The position numbers and the translations under genes were made by a program. Positions 55,689 to 63,722 of a DNA stretch of 64,000 nt are shown here, in pieces. Every line of letters starts with the position of its first letter. Within the stretch, counting starts at the first letter, position 1. The notes beneath the pieces are model-generated. The model was not told the origin of the DNA. It saw only the letters and a list, made by a program, of their open reading frames with translations, and did no database searches. The DNA is from Methanobacteriota archaeon (GTDB lineage Archaea > Halobacteriota > Bog-38 > Methanoflorentales > Methanoflorentaceae): positions 9,289 to 73,288 of the forward strand of contig PLGY01000025.1 of NCBI GenBank assembly GCA_003139855.1, given 5' to 3'.

Positions 55689-55708
55689 GATCTACCTCCC
55701 GTCGATAG

Positions 55709-56686
55709 TTAGACTTCTGATCTTGCTACCCCGGCCCACTCACACTTGCGGGAAGCTAGATGCTGTCCGACGGCCACGATCCCGCAGAGCGTCATCAAGC
55801 AGCCGTACCCAGCTAAGCCGAGCAAGATTTTGAATGATTCCGATATGCTATCACTTTCTGCCATAATTGCTCTGGAATATATGGGAACGAAAGGCGCGAA
55901 TAAGTATGAGAAAAATGGGATGGTTAGCGCGCCCAGCCACGTCGCTTTTACCGAGATAGGAATGCGAGCGGTGAACATTGGACCAAGATACTTTCGAAAC
56001 CCCTCGACGGCACCGCGGAACCATCGAACTCTTTGATTGTACAAATCCTGAATGGAGGTGGGAGCCTGCTCCCCTATTTTCGTCGTGGCAAGTAGTGCGC
56101 GGTTCCCCGAGAGATATATCTTCTCGCTTATATCTAGATCCTCACACGAACAACGTTCATCAAAACCTGTCGTCCTTACAAAGGGTGCTTTTGACACCCC
56201 TATCATGCCGTTGAACTGAATGAAGCCCCTTGACCACCTGAAAAAACGATAGATGTCACAGAAAAACTTGTACTCGATTGAAACGATCTTGGTGAGGGTG
56301 TTTACCTTATTAGTCACGTAGCGGCAGCCACTTGCAAGCACCCCGTCGCTTGTCGCCGTGAGTTCACGCACACACTCCTCCAAAAAATCAGCGTTGGGCC
56401 GGCTATCGACATCGAATAGCGCAACGAAGTCTGCACCTTCTGTCATGTTCAGAATGTCGTTGATAGCGCCAGCCCGGCGGCCTCTGTGGCCATTTCTGAT
56501 CACTATGTGGAAGTGCGGCGGCAGCAATTCGAACAAAGAGCTATAATCTTTTCCGCTGCTGTCGATGACGTAGTACGCTTCAAAATCGAGACCAGTGCAG
56601 TCTAAAGCTCCCAAGCTCTTGATTGATTTTTCGACGAGTGCATTCGGTTCGGATGGCGCGACTGGGATGATGGCGCAAACTTTCAT
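55709..56686 (-). CDS. GT2 family glycosyltransferase with processive-type QxxRW motif
   Basis: 325 aa with ALFDVDS (DxD-like), CEDLD, QRVRWFRGA and C-terminal membrane helices. Confidence 0.75.
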   Translation of the reverse strand: MKVCAIIPVAPSEPNALVEKSIKSLGALDCTGLDFEAYYVIDSSGKDYSSLFELLPPHFHIVIRNGHRGRRAGAINDILNMTEGADFVALFDVDSRPNADFLEECVRELTATSDGVLASGCRYVTNKVNTLTKIVSIEYKFFCDIYRFFRWSRGFIQFNGMIGVSKAPFVRTTGFDERCSCEDLDISEKIYLSGNRALLATTKIGEQAPTSIQDLYNQRVRWFRGAVEGFRKYLGPMFTARIPISVKATWLGALTIPFFSYLFAPFVPIYSRAIMAESDSISESFKILLGLAGYGCLMTLCGIVAVGQHLASRKCEWAGVARSEV

Positions 56687-56747
56687 TTCATAAGAAAATT
56701 CGATTAACGTATATTAAGTCGTCGTTCTTGAAGCATCTTCTTTCGTT

Positions 56748-57875
56748 TCACGCGTCTACCACATTCGCATAAAGGTCAAGGATATCTTGCGCAATGATTT
56801 TCCAGTCATATTTCTGTTCAACGCGCGTGCGACCGTTTTTACCCATTGATCGTGCGTTTGTAGGGTTTTCGAGAATCTCTAGAATGGCATTTGCAAGGGA
56901 AGAAGGATCTCGCGGCGTGACAAGCAAACCGCCTTCGCCAACGACGTCGCGTACTCCCGGAATTCTGGAAGCAATCACTGGCGTTTCGCACGCCATCGCT
57001 TCTAGAAGAACCAACCCGAACGCCTCGAGGCGCGTAAAAGAGGGAAGGACTAGTGCGGAAGAGCTTGTGTAGAGCTTTAGAAGAACGCCTCTTGATACGT
57101 GCCCACAGAATTTGATTCGGTGCTCGTAGCCTTTGGCGAGTTTTTTTAGTCGTTCTCGATCTTCTCCATCACCGACGATTAAGAAAGTCGCGTCGCTTAC
57201 TTGGCTTAGCACGATCTTGGCGGCTTTGACAAAATCATCAACGCCTTTCACAGAGCTCAGTCGACCAACGAAGAGTATCTGATGTGCCCTCTTTTCGCCG
57301 TTCAAGCCGGGTAAATGTCTGTCAAAGGTTTCTAGTCTAATGCCATTCGGCACGATTTCATAGCGATAACCTCGCAGTACAGGGGAGGTTCGCGCGTAAG
57401 ATTCAGTTGTAGCGATTATCTGCGCGACGTTGTCGAGGATCGGCTTTGTATACATAGCCGTGTTGACTTCGCTCACAAGGCATCTACAGATGTTCGGAAT
57501 TCTGAGATTTGCGATACGGTCGGGAATTTCGAGATCGCAGTGGTAAGTAAGCACGTGTGGAACGTGCGGCAGGCCTTTGACCACTCCGTAAGACATGAAA
57601 GGCGGAGGATAATGTGAATGCACGACATCGGCGCTGAACTGCGCAATCCGCCGCCGTAAAGCGTACATATACGGGATATATGGCAGATCCATAGCGGGAA
57701 ATCTGTACACAGGGAGTCCGCGCAAGACCTCATTTGGTCTAGACTTGGGGACTTCGGCGCACAAAACAACGACCTCGTGCCCTAGATCCCGTAAGCTTTG
57801 CGAAAGCTCAAGACAGTGAGTTTCGACTCCTCCGATGTGTGGATAGAAGTAAGAAGAGGCTTGAATTATTTTCAC
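56748..57875 (-). CDS. GT-B group-1 glycosyltransferase (CAZy GT4-like)
   Basis: 375 aa with GGVETHCLELSQ, FVGRLSSVKG and EAFGLVLLEAMACETPVIAS. Confidence 0.8.
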   Translation of the reverse strand: MKIIQASSYFYPHIGGVETHCLELSQSLRDLGHEVVVLCAEVPKSRPNEVLRGLPVYRFPAMDLPYIPYMYALRRRIAQFSADVVHSHYPPPFMSYGVVKGLPHVPHVLTYHCDLEIPDRIANLRIPNICRCLVSEVNTAMYTKPILDNVAQIIATTESYARTSPVLRGYRYEIVPNGIRLETFDRHLPGLNGEKRAHQILFVGRLSSVKGVDDFVKAAKIVLSQVSDATFLIVGDGEDRERLKKLAKGYEHRIKFCGHVSRGVLLKLYTSSSALVLPSFTRLEAFGLVLLEAMACETPVIASRIPGVRDVVGEGGLLVTPRDPSSLANAILEILENPTNARSMGKNGRTRVEQKYDWKIIAQDILDLYANVVDA

Positions 57876-58105
57876 GTGGATTCACGTTGAATGTGCGCGT
57901 GGGTGTTGAATAACTTATCGTGGAATCTCCATCCGCGCTGAGCATTTTGATTTCGAACGCGGATCTCACGTCTCTTGAAAGACGTTTAGCAACGCCGAAA
58001 CTAACGGGTTGCAGCGCGTGCACGCGCTGGCGTGGGACAGTAACTCGCGCGCCGGATCAACAAAAGTTAAATAGCACATTTGTCCTGTAGCTCAGTCTGC
58101 CATCG

Positions 58106-58675
58106 ATGAGACGTTTTATAGCCGTGATATCGGTGCTGGCTGTGTTTTTTGTTACAGCGAGCTCTTTTTTGACGGTGGGCGTCAAAGCCCAAAATGAGGT
58201 GGCGTGGGTTTATGACTACCCAACAGGGATGAAAGCTGCAGCCGGGGGAAAACAAGCTCGAGATGATATACATTCGCGAAGACTGGTATCCTCGATGCAG
58301 AAACAGGGATCAAAACACCTGGACGGATAGTGAAGTTATTCAACTTTCGTCGAACTTCTGAACATAGACGTGGTCGGGACTAAACAGGGAACGCTAAATA
58401 ATTATAGCAAACCTCCGCTGATTGTGTTCACGGACCCTCAAGGAAGGGTCATTGTCGAACAAAACGCAGAACTGTCGGCTAGTCAGGTGACTGCCCTGCA
58501 ACGGCAGGTGCTCGCGCAAGAGCCGGTCTCGTCCCCTTCGGCGACAGGCAATCCTCCAACCACAAGCGTTTCGACCAAAGCCGCGGGGGTGTCCGGTTTT
58601 GAAGCCATCCCCGCAGTCGTTGGCATCTCGATTGTGGCGCTGGTAGTATCGCGCATCCGCAAGAGCCCACGATAA
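58106..58675 (+). pseudogene. Secreted thioredoxin-fold protein with PGF-CTERM-like anchor, disrupted by two compensating 1-nt frameshifts
   Basis: ORFs 58106..58330 and 58370..58675 are in the same frame. The thioredoxin-like core ENKLEMIYIREDWYPRCRNRDQNTWTDSEVIQLSSNF reads in another frame between about 58248 and about 58358. Shift 1 is in the G5 run at 58244-58248 and shift 2 is near 58355-58360. The C-terminus is an S/T/P linker followed by SGFEAIPAVVGISIVALVVSRIRK. Confidence 0.6.
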
Positions 58676-58876
58676 GCACGCCAAGCCCGGCGGACGCTCG
58701 TCTCAGGTTAAAGAGCCCGATCAACTGCTGTCTGCCAAAGCCTCGCGTACCAACGCTGGTTCGATTTTTTCGGCCATTCTTATCCGGCCAGATGACACGC
58801 TTCGACCGCGCTTGCCTAGCTGCTGGGCGACCCGTCAGCGCCAATGTTTAACTATTAATGAGCCATAGTACCTGCC

Positions 58877-59122
58877 ATGCTTTATCGCGCTGAGATCACC
58901 ATTAAGCTGAAGCACGGCATGCTTGATCCGGAAGCTACGACGATAAAAAGTGCTCTCAAGCATCTTGGGTATGATTGTCAATCGGTCAAACAAGCAGCCG
59001 TCTACGAACTCGAACTCACAGCAGACTCCCGTGAGAATGCAACCGACATCGTTAACGGAATGTGCCAAAGGCTGCTCGCGAATCCCATCATACACGATTA
59101 TGACATACGGATAACGAAATAG
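58877..59122 (+). CDS. purS: Phosphoribosylformylglycinamidine synthase subunit PurS
   Basis: 81 aa with VTIKLKHGMLDPEATTIKSALKHLGY, which is typical of PurS. Confidence 0.85.
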   Translation: MLYRAEITIKLKHGMLDPEATTIKSALKHLGYDCQSVKQAAVYELELTADSRENATDIVNGMCQRLLANPIIHDYDIRITK

Positions 59123-59136
59123 TCGAGAAGAGAAAG

Positions 59137-59817
59137 ATGAATATCGCCATTCTTCGGTTCGGTGGGAGTAACTGTGATTTGGACGTTCAAAAAGCTCTGA
59201 ACAATTTGAACGTTGGCGCAGAACTTGTTTGGTACAAAGAGACCCTCGAGAGTTTTGACGGCGCAATCATCCCAGGCGGGTTTTCGTATGGGGACTACTT
59301 GCGCGCAGGCGCAATTGCGGCACGAACCAAGATTATGCAGTCAGTTGCAGAGATGGCAGCTGATGGGAAGCCTGTGCTAGGTATATGTAACGGCGCCCAA
59401 ATCCTCAGCGAGTCGCACTTGGTGCCCGGCACCTTCACTCTCAATCAGTATCCAAAGTTCATTTGCAGGTGGGTGAAACTCAGAACATTCGGCGAATCTG
59501 CGTTCACGGTACTTTCGAACGCGTTGGTTGACCTTCCTATAGCCCACAAAGAGGGGCGATACGTTGCTGACCCACGGCTGCTCAAAGAGCTTTACGAAAA
59601 TGATCAGGTCGTTTTTAAGTACGTTGATGATAAAGGACGTCCCACTTTAGCTGCAAACCCCAACGGCTCGCTTGATAATATCGCTGCAATAAGTAATTTA
59701 GAAAAAAACGTGCTTGCGATGATGCCGCATCCCGAACGAGCGTCACAGAAACTTCTCGGTTCTGCTGACGGGAATGCCATCTTTGAATCGATGGTTCGAT
59801 ATATCAAGGCTCTTTGA
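59137..59817 (+). CDS. purQ: Phosphoribosylformylglycinamidine synthase I (glutaminase subunit PurQ)
   Basis: It has GGFSYGDYLRAGA, GICNGAQIL (catalytic Cys) and MMPHPER. Confidence 0.9.
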   Translation: MNIAILRFGGSNCDLDVQKALNNLNVGAELVWYKETLESFDGAIIPGGFSYGDYLRAGAIAARTKIMQSVAEMAADGKPVLGICNGAQILSESHLVPGTFTLNQYPKFICRWVKLRTFGESAFTVLSNALVDLPIAHKEGRYVADPRLLKELYENDQVVFKYVDDKGRPTLAANPNGSLDNIAAISNLEKNVLAMMPHPERASQKLLGSADGNAIFESMVRYIKAL

Positions 59818-59864
59818 GACGCAGCTTCTCGCGAGCGTTATGTTTGCGCGCAGACAAGTCGTCT

Positions 59865-60812
59865 TCAAATTAGCGGGGACCACCACCATTCGTTCTCTTG
59901 ATACCACCGAGCGACTTGCGTCAATCCGTCTTCAAATGAAATCTCGGGTTGCCATCCAAGGGACTTTATCTTCGAACAGTCTACGGAATACCTCTGGTCG
60001 TGTCCGAGCCGGTTCGCTGTGAAAGCAATGAGCGATGAAGGCTTTCCCACTAGCTGTAGTATAGCTTTCGTCATGTCTAAGTTACTCCTCTCGTTTCCAG
60101 CGCCAATGTTATACGTCTCGCCCGTTTTGCCTATTTGGCGAACGCAGTCTATCGCTGCACAGTTATCTGCTACGTGTATCCAGTCCCGGACGTTGTCTCC
60201 CCGGCCATAAACGGTCAGCTCGCGATTCCTCATAGCGCTTGTCAGAAAGCGAGGAATCAGTTTTTCGGGGTGCTGATACGGCCCGTAGTTGTTTGAGCTG
60301 CGGGTAATAACGCAGGGAAAATCGTACGTCGTGAAATAGGATGATGCCAACAAATCCGCTCCAGCCTTGCTCGCTGCATAGGGACTTGACGGATGCAAGC
60401 TATCCGTCTCCTTAAATGATCCGCGATCAATGCTTCCATACACTTCATCCGTCGATATCTGAACGAAACGCTCAATTGAGTAATCTTCAGCCGCTGCTAG
60501 CAAGACGTGAGTTCCGAGGACATCCGTTTGAACGAAGGCAGCTGAACTCGTAATCGATCTATCGACGTGCGTCTCGGCCGCAAAGTTAATAACACAGTCA
60601 CAATCTTTTAGCGACTGCTTGACAATTGTCTCGTCGCAAATATCGCCTTTGACGAATTCAATATCAGCTAGCACGTCTTTGAGGCTGCTCATATTGCCTG
60701 CGTACGTCAGTTTGTCCAGGACTGTGATTTCTGCTTCATTGTGTTTACACAACATATAACGGACGAAATTGCTGCCTATGAAGCCCGCGCCACCTGTGAT
60801 TAATAGTCGCAT
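59865..60812 (-). CDS. rfbB: dTDP-glucose 4,6-dehydratase
   Basis: It has MRLLITGGAGFIGSNF, YAASKAG (YxxxK) and a C-terminal WYQENEWWW. I chose the ATG at 60812. The 54-codon upstream extension in the track has no family counterpart. Confidence 0.85.
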   Translation of the reverse strand: MRLLITGGAGFIGSNFVRYMLCKHNEAEITVLDKLTYAGNMSSLKDVLADIEFVKGDICDETIVKQSLKDCDCVINFAAETHVDRSITSSAAFVQTDVLGTHVLLAAAEDYSIERFVQISTDEVYGSIDRGSFKETDSLHPSSPYAASKAGADLLASSYFTTYDFPCVITRSSNNYGPYQHPEKLIPRFLTSAMRNRELTVYGRGDNVRDWIHVADNCAAIDCVRQIGKTGETYNIGAGNERSNLDMTKAILQLVGKPSSLIAFTANRLGHDQRYSVDCSKIKSLGWQPEISFEDGLTQVARWYQENEWWWSPLI

Positions 60813-61128
60813 GGTCCCTCGTTTTAATTTTCTGCGGTGCAAATGAGCTGCGATACGGCAAGCAGCTCGAGGATTCTTTGTGTGGGGGTTTCTTAATTCT
60901 TTTGATAGAACTCGCATTTGAGCACGCGAAGGATTTTGACTTGCTCTAAAAAATGAGCTCTTCCGGACTGTCAAAAAGTCCGGTTAGTTACGTTGGGGGC
61001 ATCTGAGCTCATGTTTGCGTTTTGCACAGATCAGAAACAAATATATTTTATAACGCGAATCGTAGTCAGCAAGCGTTGTGAAAATACGCCGTGCTTTGCG
61101 TTATTCAGCAACACCTTTGTATACTCAA

Positions 61129-61221
61129 GCTCCGGTAGTGTAGTCCGGCCAATCATGTTGGCCTTTCGAACTTTAGCAGTGAAGCAAGCCAACGACTCGG
61201 GTTCAAATCCCGACCGGAGCA
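61129..61221 (+). tRNA. tRNA-Glu(UUC) with an 18-nt intron at 37/38
   Basis: Hand fold. The acceptor is GCTCCGG/CCGGAGC and the D loop is AGTCCGGCCAA. The anticodon stem is TTGGC/GCCAA with loop CTTTCG|intron 61169-61186|A. The T arm is TCGGG-TTCAAAT-CCCGA. The intron folds into a canonical bulge-helix-bulge. Confidence 0.9.
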
Positions 61222-61704
61222 TACACTCGTCTGATGATCGTAAGCGCCTCACCGCAGCAGTGAACGTGTCACGCAATTCCAAAAAAAACTGACAGAACCA
61301 TAGTCATCAATAGATACAAAAGGTCCACGGGCTACCTCGTAATCCGTTGTCTTTGTGTTTCGCAGGGGTCGAGCATTCTGGCATTTGGTTTGCAGAATGG
61401 TTTCGTATGGCGTTAACCGCAGACCATAGGGTTATGCTATGCACGAAGTTCGTTAGGGTCCACTCCACGTTTATCTAATTTGACTGCTTGTTGGAATTGT
61501 GGGACGAAATATATACAAAAAGTGGAATTATCGAGTTTGGCGTGCAGTAGTTCAAGAGCTTCAGCGCAGCGCCGAACAACATCTAGTAATTATGGTCGAC
61601 GGCGTACTAGCTCTGGACAGAGAGCCTCTTGGGCGAGCGTACTAAAAACCTCCTTCGAGGCTCCCTGATGCATCAGCAAAAGTGCTATCTAGTCAAAAAT
61701 AGGC

Positions 61705-61712
61705 TTTTATAT
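61705..61712 (+). promoter_or_regulatory. TATA box for tRNA-Leu(UAA)
   Basis: ttttatat ends 25 nt upstream of tRNA position 1 (61737). Confidence 0.45.
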
Positions 61713-61736
61713 GTCCGTACGGTATGTCAACATAGG

Positions 61737-61837
61737 GCGGAGGTAGCCAAGCCTGGCCAAAGGCGCAGGACTTAAGAACCGTTGTTTGGGATATCCTGTT
61801 GCGAAGGCATTCGTGGGTTCGAATCCCTCCCTCCGCA
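61737..61837 (+). tRNA. tRNA-Leu(UAA) with a 16-nt intron at 37/38
   Basis: Hand fold. The acceptor is GCGGAGG/CCTCCGC. The anticodon stem is CAGGA/TCCTG with loop CTTAAG|intron 61777-61792|A. The variable arm is TTGCGAAGGCATTC. The T arm is GTGGG-TTCGAAT-CCCTC, with one U-U mismatch. Confidence 0.85.
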
Positions 61838-61877
61838 CTTCTGTAAAATGAGGGGCTATTTTGGTGCCGCGAACCAA

Positions 61878-62711
61878 TCAACGTATCGCGTTTGCGAGAT
61901 CTCTGATAGCAGAGACGACCTCATATGGATTTGCACCCCAATGAACGACGTAACCCCTCTGTCCGAAAAGTTCGGTCGGTCCGACCCTCGCTGACTTGCA
62001 ACATTTTGCAATGAAGGGTTTGCTCGGTCTTATTGTTTTTGTCGGACAGATGTTGACGTGTTTGAATTCCAGCCCGTGGACTCGCGCTTCAAGTACTTGT
62101 TTCGAAATATCGCACCCTAGTAGAACGGCGTGCTCACCGACGTGAATGTCGCGGCTGTTGAGGCAGTTTGGCCCAATTCCTGACGCTGAGCACGGATAAA
62201 TCGTGGCGGTGGAGCGTCTTAGATCTTGTATGACTGGCGTAAAACGCACGGATAGGTCTCCAAAAATGCCAGCTCTGTCGAGTTTCTTGATGAGCGAGAT
62301 AAGGTATGGTGGATCTGGGGGGGATACGTCGAATACCTCAATCTCGGTTACGCTGGTGAGGTCGGGGTCATAAACGAACGTCCAATGAAGATCAAATCCT
62401 TGATAGACGACTGCTTTTACGGGGGGCTTACACAGTCGGGTTGCTACGGCAATTAGCCTGCTTCTGTTGAAGATGTCGATCTTGCGTCTATACACTAGAG
62501 TTTCGGCAAAGCCTGCAATCCTCTTGGCCTTCGATATCGTTCGGATTAAGCCGTTCCCCTCTAATTCGAGTTCGTAAACTGCGACTTTTCCTTGCCAAAA
62601 CAGCAAGACATAGCGCGATGAGAAGTAGATGTGCTCACCGGCTGTTGGCGGAGAGGTTTCAGCATCGCATTCTCTTACAGCGACGTCCTTACAATGATCG
62701 GGAAAAATCAC
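61878..62711 (-). CDS. Hypothetical Cys-rich protein, last gene of the leuD-leuB operon
   Basis: This 277-aa ORF starts 4 nt after the leuB stop on the same strand. I recognise no family. It has several Cys residues (YPCSASGIGPNC, LLGCD, NICPT, AKCCKS). Confidence 0.5.
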   Translation of the reverse strand: MIFPDHCKDVAVRECDAETSPPTAGEHIYFSSRYVLLFWQGKVAVYELELEGNGLIRTISKAKRIAGFAETLVYRRKIDIFNRSRLIAVATRLCKPPVKAVVYQGFDLHWTFVYDPDLTSVTEIEVFDVSPPDPPYLISLIKKLDRAGIFGDLSVRFTPVIQDLRRSTATIYPCSASGIGPNCLNSRDIHVGEHAVLLGCDISKQVLEARVHGLEFKHVNICPTKTIRPSKPFIAKCCKSARVGPTELFGQRGYVVHWGANPYEVVSAIRDLANAIR

Positions 62712-62715
62712 GTTG

Positions 62716-63672
62716 TCACCTTATATTGCGTATTATTTCGCGCGCTACCTCGCTGGTCGAACTCGTACCGCCTAGGTCGCGCGTCGTGACGCCTTTGCTT
62801 ATCGTCTGCTTGACTGAAACGTCTACTAAGGAGGCTTTTTCGCATTCGCCTGCCCATTCAAGCAGCATTCTGGCACTCAGAATAGCCCCTATTGGGTTTG
62901 CTATGCCGCGCCCAGCGATGTGGGGCGCCGACCCGTGCACAGGCTCAAAAATGGCGAATTTCGGTCCGATGTTCGCACTCGGACAAAGCCCGAGGCCTCC
63001 GATAAGCGCTGCAGCTTCATCGGACAGAATATCACCAAATAAGTTCGACGTCAAGACGTGATCGAACATTTCAGGGTGTCTTATGAGATTGTATGCAGCT
63101 GCGTCGACGTACATCTCGTTATAGGGCACATCATGCTCCTGCAGAACACGCAGACAGACATCTCGAAAGAAAATATCCGACTTGAGCACGTTTGCCTTAT
63201 GCACTATCGTAATTGTTTTTACGTTGGGCAAGGTGCTCGCGTACGACGCAAGCCTTTCCACATTAGCACGAGTAACCACTCGCTGTGTGATGGCGACGTC
63301 GTCAGAAAGCTCTTCGATGCCGGAGTACAATCCTTCGAGGTTCTCTCGTATTATGGTGAGGTTCAATTCATAGGGGGTTAGAGAGTAAGATCGAAAAGGT
63401 CGCAGATTCACGAAGAGATCAAGTGTTTTTCTTAGTCTGACAAGCACGCTGCTCCCTTGAACGCTGGTTACAGCACCCAGGAGCATACAATCGGCTTGTG
63501 CAATTAAACCGATATCCGCATCGGTTATTGGTGCGCCTTCTCTAGCCCATTTGGCGTATCCTATGTCAACCTGGATGAATTCTGGATCATTCAATAATAA
63601 AGTGAGAATCTCAACACAAGGGGGTATGACCTCTTTGCCGACCCCATCTCCCTCGGCAACAGCGATTTTCAT
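62716..63672 (-). CDS. leuB: 3-isopropylmalate (or homoisocitrate) dehydrogenase
   Basis: It has MKIAVAEGDGVGKEV and the family signature NLFGDILSDEAAALIGGLGL. The track extension to 63726 is probably not translated. Confidence 0.8.
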   Translation of the reverse strand: MKIAVAEGDGVGKEVIPPCVEILTLLLNDPEFIQVDIGYAKWAREGAPITDADIGLIAQADCMLLGAVTSVQGSSVLVRLRKTLDLFVNLRPFRSYSLTPYELNLTIIRENLEGLYSGIEELSDDVAITQRVVTRANVERLASYASTLPNVKTITIVHKANVLKSDIFFRDVCLRVLQEHDVPYNEMYVDAAAYNLIRHPEMFDHVLTSNLFGDILSDEAAALIGGLGLCPSANIGPKFAIFEPVHGSAPHIAGRGIANPIGAILSARMLLEWAGECEKASLVDVSVKQTISKGVTTRDLGGTSSTSEVAREIIRNIR

Positions 63673-63722
63673 GTGCACGGAGTAGCAAACCGCTTGATGC
63701 ATCCGCGTAGACCCGTTACGGA

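Noticed and set aside
60813-60974. The rfbB ORF has a 54-codon N-terminal extension (MTVRKSSFFRASQ...).
   Set aside because: The SDR fold begins at MRLLITGGAGFIGSNF. The extension is basic and of low complexity, with no family counterpart, so it is most likely an open upstream frame by chance.
61231-61292. A possible C/D-box sRNA lies just 3' of tRNA-Glu, with CUGAUGA at 61231-61237 and CUGA at 61289-61292.
   Set aside because: There are no acceptable internal D'/C' boxes at the expected 12-nt guide spacing. The flanking bases cannot form the terminal stem or k-turn closing pairs.
61480-61668. A 62-aa ORF begins with a CWNCG motif, which could be half a zinc ribbon.
   Set aside because: Only one CxxC is present. 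The rest is Ser/Arg/Thr low-complexity sequence, the start is TTG without an SD, and I recall no similar protein.
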